Assembly: GCA_951406725.2 (NCBI GenBank) | Contig: OX597830.1 | Coordinates: forward strand, 62,062,001-62,126,000 | Direction of reading: 5' to 3' | DNA length: 64,000 bases | Source: Octopus vulgaris | Lineage: Eukaryota | Shown here: piece after piece, positions 47,441 to 61,785 of the stretch | Layout: every line of letters begins with the position of its first letter | How positions within the stretch are numbered: position 1 is the first letter of the stretch | Program-made: the position numbers and the translations under genes | The notes under the pieces: generated by a model | The model's database searches: none | The model's input: only the letters and a program-made list of their open reading frames with translations | What the model was told of the DNA's origin: nothing

Positions 47441-47648
47441 GTTATTCTTTTGTTAAATATATTCCTCTTCATATTTTGAATAAAAAATACTGTATAAAAT
47501 GTATGAATTTTCTACATTAATGTTATTTATTGAACATTTTTCATACTTTCATAATGGATGTCCCTCCTTTTGTCTTCCCTTTGTATGCCAATATCATTCA
47601 TTGTTTCCCTGAATACTATTATTAACATTAGAATATATTTTTATTCAG

Positions 47649-47757
47649 GTAACACTGTATTGTATGTTTGTGTCTGGAATGGCTATGTCGGCCAAAGTGA
47701 GTGATCCTGCGATTGGCGGTTCTTACATGACTTTGTTAAATACTGTTAATAACTTGG
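47649..47757 (+). CDS. SLC33A1: SLC33A1 coding exon 6 (VTLYCMFV...AKVSDPAIGGSYMTLLNTVNNL)
   Basis: Acceptor ttcag|GTA; donor G|GTAAGT; SDPxIGGxYMTLLNT motif; 109 nt. Confidence 0.93.
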
Positions 47758-48235
47758 GTAAGTATTTTGCTAATTACAGTATAACTCTTGTAAACTCAGT
47801 TGAATCAGTAATATGATGGAATTAAGGGATAAGATGATGGTAAATGTTTCGTTGTAATTAAAATTAACCAAAGTACAAGAGTAACCAACATACCATCTTT
47901 TCTTTATTTCGTTATGCTACTAGTATTCAAATTATAAAATATCAGTGCTATACTGAGTTGAGGTTCGGTTGCTATGATTACCTTTACCTACCTGTTTTAT
48001 ACTAAATACAAATTTTTATGTTGTAGAATAAATATTTTTGTGTATGTTAGTTTTTTTAAATGTTTTGTTATATTTAATATGTTTCTTTTCCTGTTATTTA
48101 AATATAAAGTTAAATAAAATAAATCCTAAATATAAAGTATTGGAGTATATTTGTTTAAAAATAGGTGTTGAAAAATAATTTGTAATAAAATATTGAAGCA
48201 CTTCTGGCATGTTGTTTTTTAATTTTTCTGTTTAG

Positions 48236-48339
48236 GTGGCAATTGGCCAGCTACAATTGCTTTATGGTTAGTTGAGAGTCTGACAATCAAGACTTGTTCT
48301 TCAGATAATAGTTCTTGTTCTGATGCAGTAAATGCTGAG
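48236..48339 (+). CDS. SLC33A1: SLC33A1 coding exon 7 (GNWPATIALWLVESLT...)
   Basis: Acceptor tttag|GT; donor GAG|GTAAGG; 104 nt. Confidence 0.9.
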
Positions 48340-49529
48340 GTAAGGAAGTTCTTTTAATTGTTTCTTAAATATTCTTAGATCTAATCATTGCTATCACCAA
48401 TAAAAATGTCTGCATCTGTGACAAAGATTTTCAGTTATAGAAAAAAAAATTATTTATTCTGATTCGTTAAGGCTAATGATGATTTTCATTTTCAAATACA
48501 TAATTTTAGAGACAATAGAATATTAGTATCTGTAAATGGAATTTTAACTCTATAGGTGCAGGTGTGGCTTGTAGTAAAAAGTTTGCTTCCCAACCACATT
48601 GCTCTGGGTTCAATCCCACTGTGTGACACCTGAGGCAAGTGTTTTCTACATCCCCTGGCCAACCAAAACCTTGTGAATAGATTTAGTAGACGTCTCTCAT
48701 TTCTGTATGTATGTGTGTGTGTGTATGTTACACTCTCTTTATGCCGACATTCTTTGAATCGTAAGCATTCATTGGGCTGGTGTTTATCTCCAGTTTCCAT
48801 ACTGTTTAAGAGATGAGAAATAAACCTCTACTTGTATAGGATGTTTGTTTATTATAAGTTTCCTTTCCTGGGGAAGGAACTGAACTCTGCACTAGAAGCT
48901 AAAATATCCATCAATTCAGACTGATGAGAATTGTGTGTGAAGTTGGAACTTCTTTGTGTTAATGTTTGTTGAGTAAAGCAAATCAGGGATAGTGTTCCAA
49001 AGAGTTACCGTTTTAAGGAGGCAGGATTTGGAAAACTCTTTACCGAATCTGAAGGAGGGGTACTGTGAAGAGACGACAAAAGAAAAATAAGGGAATGCAT
49101 CAGCAGAATATAGAGAAAGAGAACATACAGCAAGCATAATCTGCGAGTGAAGATTTATCTTGGAGTGTATTGGTATATTCTCAGACATTGTATAGCTATG
49201 TGAATAGGTTCATTAGTGCTTTGTAGATGTCTGCAACTGTTCACAGCTGGAAAATATTCAGACTTTGGAGAAAGATTTATCAGAGATTGCAAAACCTGAT
49301 ATTTGTGAAGTCTGAGATTTTACCTGTGCTGTTCAGGAATTGGGAAGAGACTGTATTTTGTTGTGACTAGGTTGTTATGTCTTTATTGGAGGAAATTTTC
49401 AAAATCGACTGAAATACTATGATTCATGTAACCAGATCATGGCAGTTTTAGAAAAAACTGCCATAACCATTTAGAACTAGAACAAATATATTTTAAATAT
49501 AATATATTTGTTTAAATAAAATGTGTTTA

Positions 49530-49860
49530 CCATCCGTTCGTGGCTGTTGCCAGCCTCGCCTGGCCCCCGTGCCGGTGACACGTAAAAAGCACCATCCGTT
49601 CGTGGCCGTTGCCAGCCTCGCCTGCCCCCCATGCCGGTGGCACATAAAAAGCACCATCCGATCGTGGCCGTTTGCCAGACTTGTCTGGCACGTAAAAAGC
49701 ACCCACTACACTCATGGAGTGGTTGGCGTTAGGAAGGGCATCCAGCTGTAGAAACACTGCCAGATCAGACTGGGCCTGGTGCAGCCTTCTGGCTTCACAG
49801 ACCCCAGTTGAACCGTCCAACCCATGCTAGCATGGAAAGCGGACGCTAAACGATGATGAT
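49530..49860 (+). mobile_element. Family B copy
   Basis: Core plus (GAT)n tail and tandem modules. Confidence 0.85.
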
Positions 49861-50153
49861 TTGATTTCTTGACAGTTTTGATTCTTATTTAATCTACTGT
49901 TTATTAATTGTTCTAAATTATTTCCAGTCACAAAAAGAGTTCCTGTGAAAACTAGCTGGCTTGATACTGGTAGATTTGGACATTACTAAAAACCCCAGTT
50001 ATATTTTTAGTAAAACTAGTATAAATTATATTTTGAAATTTAAAACATACTTATATGCTTTTATATGTGAAATTAATAAATTTCCTTGTTGTTTGTATTC
50101 ATTATATTGTATTATATATTAAATGATTTTTTTCCATCTTCTTATCTTTTTAG

Positions 50154-50318
50154 ATTTGCACTGAAAAAGGTGGAACATGTTCAACTAAAATTGATGGATA
50201 TTACATAGAAATTGCGTTTTGTTTAGTCGTTGGTTTCATCTGGTATTTTAACAGAAGGTCTACCATTAACCGATTACAGAACCTTAAAGCAGACCACTGG
50301 AAAGTGCCAAGACAATGA
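50154..50318 (+). CDS. SLC33A1: SLC33A1 last coding exon (ICTEKGGTC...DGYYIE...WKVPRQ*)
   Basis: Acceptor ttttag|ATT; GGxC...DGYYxE motif; TGA at 50316-50318; AATAAA at 50383-50388. Confidence 0.92.
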   Translation: MCTEKGGTCSTKIDGYYIEIAFCLVVGFIWYFNRRSTINRLQNLKADHWKVPRQ

Positions 50319-51993
50319 CATTCTTGCAGCTGGCATAATATTTAGTGTTTATTATCAACAAATGTTCATAGTTCAAAAGAATAATAAACATTTTAATTTG
50401 AAAATATTTTTGAAGGCTGTAAATTCAATCTTTTTTTCTTTCTTTCTTTCCTTTTCCATTTCCACAGGTCTTGTGCTGTTGTGTTATTTTTAGATAATAG
50501 TGTAAATCCTAGGACTTACCTTGTTGCAAAATGCCTCTTTGGAACCTCTGAAGACAAATTTTTTAGCAGTGTGAGGACAGTTAATAGCAACAGTGCTCAG
50601 GGATGGGTGGTATTTGTGTACTACCAACCAAGAAGCCAAACTTACTACTGACCCCTGACCCCTGACCCAACTTTTCATCTTTGATCTCCTCAAGCGATCA
50701 GGACTTAATTTGTTTGAAACTCATGCAAACCCAAATCATCAGCTCCTGAATATGTGTCTATGTTTGTACACATATGCATATCATCATCATCATCAACAAC
50801 ATTTAGCGTCCATTTTCCGTGCTGTCATGGGTTGGGCAGCTTGACAGGAACTGGCAAAGCCAGAGGCTGCACCAGGTTTCTACAGTTGGGTGCCCTTCCT
50901 AATGCCTATTTCTTTATTACCCACAAGGGGCTAAACTTAGAGGGGACAGACATAGGTACCAAGTCAATTACATCGACCCCAGTGTGTAACTGGTACTTAA
51001 TTTATCGACCCCAAAAGGATGAAAAGCAAAGTCGACCTCGGCGGAATTTGAACTCACAACGTAACGGCAGACGAAATACGGATACGTATTTCGCCCAGCC
51101 TGCTATCGTTTCTGCCAGCCACTTTACAGAGTGAACTAGGCACTTTTTATGTGGCATCAGCACCTACACCAGTGCTTTTTATGTGGCACCTTGGTTTTAG
51201 GATCTCAATTCTATTGTTGTGGGCAGGTCCTCTTGAATACAGCAATGTGCCACATGTCTCAGTCCTTAGTCATCTCCTTCATAAGGTTCAGCATTTTGAG
51301 ATCGGCATTCAGTAGGAAGTGTTGAAGGCTAATCTCAAAACACTGAAGATATATATAGACCAAATATGCGGCTGGTGTAAAGCTCCAGCCAGACAGGGTT
51401 GATGAGACAGTGGGGTAGACAGACTCATAAAAGTGAAGAGACAGACATGGGAAGACTGGAAGAATGAGAGCAGCAGAGAATTATATCTGACTAGCAGTAA
51501 TACCTGTCGTTAATTGGGTAATTACTTTTATTCTTTCTCGGGAGCCACATTCAAAGTGTTATTATATATAGAGATTTACTCCTTCTGTATGTGTATATTT
51601 TATAAGAAAAAAAAACATATGATAATTTAAGTAGAAAAAAAGATCAATTTCATACATGAACTTCTGTTTGTTTATTATATGACAATAATAAGTGAGTTGT
51701 ATGTGTATCAATACAGTCATGGCAATTATATAATACACACAGCTTTGGTTGGCATGAAACTGTAATGAAAGAGAATTGCCCAATGTGTCACACAGTGGGA
51801 CTGAACCCAAGACGACATGGCTGGAAAGCCAGCTTCTCGATCACACAGTCATGCCTATAAAGGAGAGATACATTTTGGATAATATACTCCTTGATATAAT
51901 ATGCTTTACAAAAAAATGAGATGTTTACGGCGAGAAGACCTTTGATTTTAATATTTACTCAAGCAACACAACAACTAAAAATGCTACATCATA

Positions 51994-52472
51994 CAGGGTG
52001 TTCCAGAATTAAACTCTCTGCTTCAATGAAATTGAGCAATTTTAAAAAAAAACTGACAGAATTTTATGTTTATTACCAAAATAAATAGATTTATAAATCT
52101 TACGTCAAACTTTTATTGAAAATTTTCAACATGTTTGTATCCCTGCATACTTCAAATCTCTCCTTAGCCTTGTGAAACACATTTTGAAGCATTTAAGGAG
52201 TTAGCTACTGCACTGCTAAATGAATGTGTTCTTTAAGCTCAGCTAAAGGATTGCTCCATCTTGGGAATGGAGGTTAAGAAAATGGTTGCTGCCAAATTGA
52301 AAAAAAGCTATCATGTAAGAGGGGTCCAACAGGAATGAAATTAAAATTATAAACACAATTCAAAATTTATACACTTTTAACACATATTGAACATTATATG
52401 CATAAATAAAAGTGATATTTTAAAACATGCATCCAATTTCACTCAAATCATCATTAATCCTGGGACACCCTG
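51994..52472. mobile_element. Non-autonomous Tc1/mariner element
   Basis: 19-bp TIR CAGGGTGT(T/C)CCAG(A/G)ATTAA with a TA TSD on both sides. Confidence 0.75.
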
Positions 52473-53329
52473 TATTTACTCGTCTGACTAAACGAGGGAG
52501 AGAACACAGGGGTTGAGGGCTAATTGCAAGTGGCGAGCATAGCTTCCAGAAGTGGTCACACAGTCGAACTCAAATGTCTGTGAGTCACAACAGTGGTTTG
52601 TTTTTTGTATGAACATTTTGCATTATATAGTTCAGACATGGATGACATAGAAAGCAGACATGCTGCCAGGCCATGCTGTGTTGCACAAGATTGGAAACAC
52701 GATACATAAACAGGGCACTTCTGGATGAATGAGTTTGTTGTGCCTTTACCCAGCCACACACACACACACACACGGCCCAGTGGTGCACGAGATGGTAACA
52801 TGAAGCATCAACAGGGCGCCAACAAAGATTTTAATGTTCTTCTCATTTCCTCTGCCAAACTGGACAAAAAGGTTTTCATGAAATATTATACACTACTTAT
52901 AATGCTTAAGTAGTGTCAATATTTTATCGTCGGAAAATGGCCTAAAACAAAGGTAAAGCCAAGCGCAGTTTACTCACATCTGATTAATCTGCATTTTGGT
53001 GGGGCCCATAATTGGTGTGGGAAACTTTTTTTAGTCAACAGCAATTCGAGGAGCCTGGTTAATGTTTGTTGCAAATTTGGAGGAAAGCAACTGGATACTC
53101 TTTAATTTATGGGCCTTAACACTGCGAAAATGCTTTAAAAATGTGGTTTATCTGCCCCTATGCCCACATTAGGCAAGAAGATGAAAATCTTTTCGGCCCA
53201 TGACATTTCATGGACCCTATGTAATGCATGTGTAACATTTCATTAAAATTGGTGGGGTGGATCTCGAGTTTTAACAATATGTCAAACACACAGACAGACA
53301 CATCCTGTGTTTTATATACATAGATAGCA

Positions 53330-55200
53330 AGAAGACAAGATATGTGATAGGTTTCCTTAGCAAATAGAAAGTAAGAGGTTTGTCAATGTTTTACAAGATG
53401 AAAATCTGAAGCATGAGATGCTCCAGATTGCAAGACTGTATCAGAAGGAATCAAGATGTGAGTGAGAAAGATGATGGGACTCTTGAACTTAGTGATACTA
53501 TGAAAGGTTATATCAGTGGTTTTCAACCAGGGTTCCGCCAGTACAGTCCAGGGGTTCCGCAAGAAGTTACAAAACTGCTAAAATCGGCAGTAATTTTTAA
53601 TTCTCCTGTGCAGATATGTGTGCATAACACTATTAAATTATTGCACAGGGGTTCCTCGAACCAGTGGAATGTTTCCTTGGGGTTCCGCTCCAGCAAAAAG
53701 TTTGAAAAGCACTGGGTTATGTGAAGAATGCATGGTAGAAAAAGGGTTTTCCCAATGTGGATCCAACAGAGGAACCAGCTATACTATTCATTTCTACTCT
53801 AGGCACAAGCCCTGAAATTTTTTTTTGGGGGGTGCGGGCAGTCAATCAGATTGACCCCAGTATGCTACTGCACTTAATTTATTAAACCCCAAAAGAATGA
53901 AAGACAAAATCAACCTCAGCAGAAGAATCAGCTCTACTATTGACAGTAGTATGACAGATAAAGCAACTAAGGACATAAAGGCTAGAAAAGCCCCTGAGAT
54001 GCTGAAATTATCTGGCAGAGTGGGATACAGTGTAGTTACCCATGTAGTCAGTTGGGTTGTACAAAAGGGTTTCATATCCAATCACTGATATAGCAACATC
54101 AGAGACAACAGTTACAAGGAGATATTATAGAGAAAGGAAATTACGGAAGTATTGAATTGCTGGACCAAGTCATGAAAAGTTATGGGGAGGGTTAGGGTTC
54201 ACAGTTAATTAGAGGGAGAGAAAGTGAAACTAGATGAGATGTAGTTTTGTTTTTGTGCTAGGGAAGTACTATGGATGCTGTCTTCCAAGTACATGGTCCC
54301 GAGGGAGATCAAAGAGGAAAAGGATCCCATCAACTTTAAACGGAGTCTGGATAGATTCCTTCAAAAAATACCAGATAAGCCACCCATAATTGGATACAAC
54401 TCACCCAACAAGAACTCACTACTTGAACAAAACTTGACTTAAACAGGATTCGAATAATCTTATTTGGTGGTGCTATTAAGTTAGACATGGCCTGGACCAA
54501 TCTTTGGTCGAGACATATCTAAGTTAATACTTAGCATTCACCAACTTAACTTAGAGAAATCCTTTGAGAAAAGCCTTTGCTGAGTCATCTGATGGTCACA
54601 GGGGAAGCTAAGGGTAGACATGGTTTGAGAGTATTTTAAAAGCCATGAACAGAGATGCAGTCAGGTGAGAATTAACAACGAGCACAGTGAGGAGTTTGGT
54701 TAGAAAGTAGGGGCTGGCCAGGGCTTAGTTTGCAGTCACCTTCTATTTATCATAGTCCTCCAGGCTTAACAGAAGGGTGTGAGACTGGTTGGTGTGGTGT
54801 TGGCAGTCGGTGTTATGGGACATGATGAGCTTGTGGTGTCGGTGGAAAGGATGACAGATGAGGTGGGCGGAAGTAGGGCTTGCAGGGGCCAGTGGAAGAC
54901 TGGAGGGCGCATATGCATGGGGAAGCGGTCAAGCAGGACGCACGTGTGGCGATCGAGGAAGTGGGCAGTTGGAGCATAGACAAGGAAGCGACAGGACGTG
55001 CCGAATTTGTAAGAGACCTCTGATCTTTGCCGAGGTAAGGCCTGTTTGTATTTCTTTCTCCTTCTCTTTCTGTTGTCCTCTTCATCCATCACACTACAGT
55101 TGGCAGTAAGAACTCCTTTATGCTGATTACCTCATTATTATAGCTGAATCTGTAGTAGAATTAGAAAAATTCCAGATGTGGAAGCAAAACCTGGAATAAG
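53330..55200 (+). mobile_element. Highly degraded RTE-like LINE with nested insertions (hAT MITE, SINE piece, CR1-type 3' end at ~54290-54520, unknown insert at ~54775-55100)
   Basis: Scattered RT-like peptides (LLFIIVLQA, ELLYADYL); boundaries are approximate. Confidence 0.4.
53514..53714. mobile_element. hAT-type MITE
   Basis: TIR CAGTG(G/C)TTTTCAA; 8-bp TSD GGTTATAT/GGTTATGT. Confidence 0.75.
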
Positions 55201-56047
55201 AACAAAGTAAGTAGGAAAGCAGATAGATCTCTGCTTCCATCAAAGAAATGGTCCTACTCAATATGTAGCAAAAGGTAGGTAGAAATTCCCTACTGTGCAC
55301 CCAATGCAAACTAAGAACACATAATCATGGGTAAGTTAACAGAGAAAGTAGACTTTTTACGTGGCAAGCACTTAAAAGCAACAAGTACCAAGGGCACACA
55401 GCAAATAGACTTTCTCAAACTTGCCCACCCATGCATCATCTCCTCTCTCATCCTTCCCCTATCTACTGTGGTGTTGTTGTTGTTGTTAAGGCGGCGAGCT
55501 GGCAGAAACGTTAGCTCAAATACACACACATACAACAGGCTTCTTTCAGTTTCCGTCTACCAGATTCACTCACAAGGGTTTGGTCGTCCAGGGGCTATCG
55601 TAGAAGACACTTGCCCAAGGTGCCACGCAGCAGGACCGAACCCGCAGCCATGTGGTTGGGAAGCATATTTCTCACCACACAGCCACGCCTACACCCGCAT
55701 TTCAAAGTTACATCCACAGATTCCGTTAACATGCTTCAGTCATAAGTTTGTCAATATTGACGAGAAAAGGCTAATCAAAACGATAGTGACGGGTATTCTA
55801 TTTTATTTGACGCTAAAGGGTTAAAACGCAAAGTTAGCTTACGTGGGATTTGAACTCAGACGGTAAACAACACAAAATATTTTGTCTGGCACTCTAACGA
55901 TTCTACCGCCTCCCCCCACCATCAGTGAAACGTATAAATTAACAACGTCTCCTAAAGAATGGAGCAATTAGGATCGCATCTGTGACAGTTACCTCCCTTA
56001 TTTTCTTTGCACGTGCTGCAAAACTTTGTTGAAAAACTTTGCTGAAG

Positions 56048-56087
56048 ATGGCAACTTTACCCTACACGGCTGCAAGATGCGAACGAG
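56048..56087 (+). CDS. ATIC: ATIC (bifunctional AICAR transformylase/IMP cyclohydrolase) probable coding exon 1 (MATLPYTAARCER)
   Basis: aagATGGC start context; donor G|GTAATA gives phase 1, matching the next exon. The peptide itself is not conserved enough to recognise. Confidence 0.6.
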
Positions 56088-57913
56088 GTAATAAGAAAAA
56101 AAATATTACTCCACTTCTATCTATCTCTACATACAGACACACACACACACATACATACTCATGTATTGAGGTATTTTCGCTTTTACAGCCTTTAATTCAA
56201 AATAGCCTTTTTTTACTGGTGTGTATAAGTACACATTAGTGCCCCCCGCGGCTTTAGGTTTAGATATATATATATATATAAAATAAAATGCACAATGCAA
56301 GACAAGCGTATATATAACTATATATATATATATGTATAAACAAACCCACATAAATAATCGGGTATAACAGCCGTATGTAGTTTACTGCAGACAATCTTTC
56401 CATATCAACCAGTGCAAATTATAGCGCTAAAACTCGATAGTGGGAAGGGAGGTGAGACATATTTGTCATGTTGCCGGCCTTTGAATTTCTGTCCTATATA
56501 TTTACGTCTGAATATATATATATGTCTCTGTATAGTTGTTGGTTAATTTCTTTAAAGCTGGGGGTTTCGCTATGTTTTTCTCACTTTCAGTGATTGCATT
56601 TTAATAAGAACCTTAGCCGTGTTTATTGTTTTCGTTTATTTTTGTAAGGCAAAAGCGTTAATATAACGCTAGTTTGTTCGGTGTTTTTATTCTCTCATTA
56701 TGCGTCGACTTATTTCTCGCGTGGCGAAATTCCCGACACCAATTACTGTGTGTGTTCACCTTAAAAATCAATAAACGAGGCACCGAGACCACTGTTCGCT
56801 CCTAGTGCCGTTCTTAAAGTCGCCTACAACAAAATTAGCATATATCTATATATATATATACATACATACATACAGAAATGTATACGACCGTATTAAAAGA
56901 TCAACTTAAATTAGACTCTTAAAAGCGAAGAATCTCCGGTTAGTTGTTCAAAAGTTCGAAAACACACTCCCCAAAAAAAATCTTTTGAGCAGTAATGTTC
57001 AATGTCTTGTCCCGGCATAAAGGAGATGCAATCATATATATTTAAAATCTTTGAAAGCTTTCTATTTGGTGGGGGAAATCTGAAGATTTAAAATACTCAG
57101 TGGTTGGAAGAAATTTAACAAGACCTCCCTTGTCATAATAATTAATTTTCATTCATTGAAATTGTGCTTTTGTTTTGACGGGACGTTATCTGGCTCCGCG
57201 CCAACATTTACGTTACACGTGCAAGGTTTGTTTATAATCAGTAAAACGGATACCTCAGTGTTAAAGCTTATCAAAAAATATCTTGTAAAGCGGCGAGATA
57301 AGCAGACTGTTAGCATGTCGGACTTAAGTGGCATTTTGTCTGTCTGTACGTTGTAAGTTCAAACTCCGCTGGCATCGGCTTTGCCTTTCATCTTTTCAGG
57401 GTCGATAAAAAAAAAAAGTACCAGTCAACTGTAGCAAAATTTGAAACCATTAATAAAAGCCTGTGCATTTAATAAATAACTAAGGAACAAACTTAGTCTC
57501 AGCGGGGTGAGGTACAAGGTTAGGGTTGTGAAGTTCTTTTAATTATTTTGTCTTTTTAAAGCGTTCTAACCGTGGCCATCCCGATTCTTTTTCTTCCTTA
57601 ATTACTGTAGTGCTCGCTTCTAGCGTGTGTGCTAGATTTTCACTAAGAAAAAAAACTCGGATTTTTTGCGTGGAATCAAGTACCCTGACCTCTTAATATG
57701 CTGCAAATCCCTTATTTTGGTGCGGAAAAAGGTGGGGGCGGGATATTTAATAACAACGAACCATGTAATTCACACTCTGGAAAATCTATTTATGTAAAAT
57801 GTTTTTCTTTTTTCTTAAACACACAAGATATAGTCTATAAATTTAAGATGTTTTTTAAATATACTATATTTTATCATTAGAATATATATACTTTTTCATA
57901 CAATTAAGATATA

Positions 57914-58269
57914 CTAGCACTATGACCCGGCTACGAGTGCATGCATATACAGCTGCGTGCGTGCACACATACACGCGAGTACTGTCCAAATCTCTGACCA
58001 ATCACATACAATTAGCTGGCATTCAATTGGCGTATCAAGTTCCAGGCATATTGATTGGGTTTTGGATAGAAAATCCACAAAAAAAGTCACTTCTATTGAT
58101 TTTTTTTTTTTAATGGCTTTGCGGGGTGACTGGGGAAATATAAAGATGTGCACGACCACCCTTGGATGGTTTTGAATGACCATAGAAAGTGTGAGCCCTC
58201 TAACTGAAAAATTGTGGATTTGTATAAAGGACACACACACAGACAGACATTTTGCCGTTTATAAATAGA
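57914..58269 (-). mobile_element. Non-autonomous Helitron
   Basis: 5' A|TCTATTTATAAA followed by (TGTC)n; 3' GCCGGGTCATAGTG-CTAG|T; A/T target site. Confidence 0.65.
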
Positions 58270-60739
58270 TTTATTTATTTTAAATCGTTCATCTTTCTCC
58301 CCCGCCCCCCAAACACACACACAAGCAAAAATTAGTTTGGGCGCGATTTTTATTATTTTTTTTTAGACAAGATCAATGTGGTGGGGTGAAATTTCCGAGG
58401 CTTCCACCTTACCCTACCCCGTTTTTCGGACCCGAAAAAGGGTTTTGTAGCATATTAGGTCACAGCAATTCATTCAAGATAAAAAAAAAAAAAATCCAAT
58501 GATTCCAGGTCCCCCTTCGCCGCCACCCCTTCTTCCTAACCAAAATAAGGGATTTGAAGCGTATTAGGAGGTCAGGGTACTTGATTCCACGGAACAAAAA
58601 GAAAACATTTTTTTTTCTTAATGAAAATCATGCAGGTGTTAATATAAAAATTTACCAAAAATCCTATATTTTTCGCGTGTGTAAAGGAATCGCTTAACTT
58701 TATAGTTTGAGAATGATTCCAGCATATCAGACCAATATCTAACGATGTTTCTCAACATAACCCTTTTTTAAAAGCATATTTCCAACTTCTCACAGCGATC
58801 CAGAACGAGTTGGAGGAACTGCTTTGATAATTAGATTTTTCGGTGAACGGAAAGTTACCGAGTCTCCCGCAGGATATTTATGTTGACATAACAATAGTTT
58901 GGTGCCCCGAATACTTTTTTGTTTTTTTTTTCAATTTTCTTTAAAGAGGGTTTTTTTTTTTTTTATTTTGATAAAATTTTGCGGAGACACCTTTTCAAGG
59001 ATGCAGATTACGTTAAGATTTTTTTTTTTGGTAAATTTTCAGAAAATTTACCTTTTTTTTTCTTTTTAAATTAGAAGCTTCTAATCATTCTCCTCACTCG
59101 ATTTTTTTTCCTTATAACTCTTTTTAAAATGCATGTTCTTTTGCAAAAATATCTTTTTGGGAGTGTAGATTATATAGTAATGTAGGTATTTCAAACAGAA
59201 ATCTGAAAATGTGAAACTTAAGGTAATTGGGAGGTGAATAGGGGGGAAGAAATGAGCGGAGTTCTGATCGAAGCACACCATCTAACCCGCCGGAGAATGT
59301 TCTTAAACTCCTTCAAAACTACATTCTCTGTAAATTTCCTTAATATAATTGTCGTCTACGCCCCGGAGCACCAAACTGTACCTATATCACGAGTTAATTT
59401 GCAGTGTAATTTTAAAAAGGAGTTTTGTGAACCGTCGTTAAATGGACTGAGGGGCTCAATACGATTCCCTTCTCCTCGCCCCCACCCACAAGCAGTTCGA
59501 ACTTTAAATGTCATCTGTCTTGTTTGACAAACATACGCCATGTGCTGAATCCTTGTTTTTTTTTTAAAATAAACTCTAATAGTTCTGTTTTAAAACATGT
59601 CGATTGAGAGAGAGAGATGGGGTGGATGACATCGGCTCACAGACACCCTTGTCATATTAGATGTCTAACACAAGATTCTACATTTGAAGGAAGATAGGCT
59701 ATCTTTCGTTATAGTCTTTTATAATAATCTTAGCGCTATTTACTAGTTTCAGTTTTTTTTTTTTTTTTTTTGGTCCCCTCCCTTTCGTGAAAGGCAAGGG
59801 GGTCGACCGGCCTTAAGAAAGGCGCGAAAGTTTTTTTTTTATTAAGGTTTTACATATAATGTTATGGGGAAGCGACGACAAGATAACTATATTTGTGTGG
59901 AATTGAGGTCAGACCGGGTCTGTCATCTTGTCAACCCTGTTCGAGTACATTTGTTGTAGCAGCCATCCCGTCACTTACGTAAATTTTTTTCCCTTGCTTC
60001 TCATTAGACTGCGGCCATGCTGAAGCACCGCCTTGAAGGGTTTAGTGGAACAAATCGACCCCAGTACTTTTTTATCTGGTACTTATTTTTCCAGTTTCTA
60101 TTGCCGAACCGCTAAGTTGGAGAAGGACGTAAACAAACCAACACCGGTTGCATTCCAAGCGGGTTGACTCACACATACACCCACAGTAAGCTTCCATAGT
60201 TTCTGTCTATCAAATCCTCTCATAAAGGCATTGGTCGACCTGGGGCTATAGCAAAAAAACACTTGCCCAAGATACCATGCAACGGGACTGAACCTGAAAC
60301 CATATGGTTGCAAAATGAGCTTGTTAACCACACAACCAGGTGTGCAGTCAATTAACCATAGATGTATACAATAACAAAAAACAATCTGAGGACATTGTTT
60401 TAAAACTTGATTGGAATACATTGAAAGGGATCTTTTCGGTTTGAACGGCAGTTTTTAACATTATTTCTAGGTAACTAAAAAATTTTAAACTTCGTGTACT
60501 GGCAGTAGTGCTGGTACCACGTAAACAGCACCCAGTACACTCTGTAAGATGGTTGCTGTTGGGAAGAGGATTCAGCTGTAGAAACTATGCCGGAGTAGGC
60601 AGTGGGACCTGGTGTAGCCCCTGGTCTTGCCAGCTTCTGCCAATTCACTCAAACCATTTCAGATATTAAATGATGAAAATGATATAAATTAAAACCATTC
60701 ATCAAAATTTCATTAACTTCCAAACATCCGCTTAATAAT

Positions 60740-61145
60740 GAGTTTTTACTAAATTCTTTGTAACATGGCGAACAACAGTTAAGTCAAATAAGCAAATACA
60801 ATCATTCATCAACAGATGCTTGTGTAGTATACTTAAAATTAGATGGCCCCAACACATAAGCAATATGGAGCTATGGCAAAGAACAAATGAAGTTTCGATT
60901 AGGGAGCAAATATTTAAGAAAAAGTGGAAGTGGATTGGTAGCACAATTAGAAAAGACACCAAATGTAGCAAAAAGTGTTTTACAGTGGAATCCGGATGGA
61001 TGTAGAAAGAAAGGTAGGCCTAAGAACTCATGGCATAGATCAACACAAAAGGAACTAGAGAAAGGGGGACATTCATGGCAGAGTATAAGTACAGAAGCCA
61101 AAAATTATGTGACATGGAATTCAAGTGGCCTATACTCCGCGTAGG
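60740..61145 (+). mobile_element. RTE-type LINE 3' coding fragment
   Basis: ILKIRWPQHISNMELWQRT...KWKWIG...LQWNPDG.RKKGRPKNSW. Confidence 0.7.
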
Positions 61146-61785
61146 AGGGTTAAAGGCAGAAAAAAAAGGAAAAAAAACTAAATTCTTCATACTTTGAAAA
61201 CTAACTGAGACAAATGCAGTACATTTCAATAGAACTGGTAAGAAAAAGGTTAAGCTGACCCTCAATTTAATGATAAATGCCGAGTTCCAAACTTATTTGT
61301 CCTTGCTTTTACTGGGTGTTGATTCCCCATGTCACCTTTTATAAATGATAACTATGTTGTCATCAAGACAACAGAACCAGTGAAAACAGACCTGTCAACA
61401 CATCGCCAACAAACTGTCACACACACAAACAGGTGTCTTTCAGTTTCCACTTACCAAATCCTATGACAAGGCTTTTGTTGGCCTGTGGTTATTATAGAGA
61501 ATGCTTGTCCAAGGTGCCACGCAATGGGACAGAACCCACAACCATATGGTTGGGAAGCAAGCTTAATAACATAGCTGTGCAAGCACCTTGTATCGTCATC
61601 AGTTAACGTCCATATTCCATGCTGGCATGGGTTAGACAGTTCGACTGAAACTAGTAAGGTGGAGAGCTGCAACAAGTTCCAGTCTGATTTCGCATGGTTT
61701 CTATGGCTGGTTGCCCTTCTTAACACCAAACACTCCAAAAAAACCTTTTTTTTTTTATGCTAAACTTTTTTTTTTTTCCTTTCAG

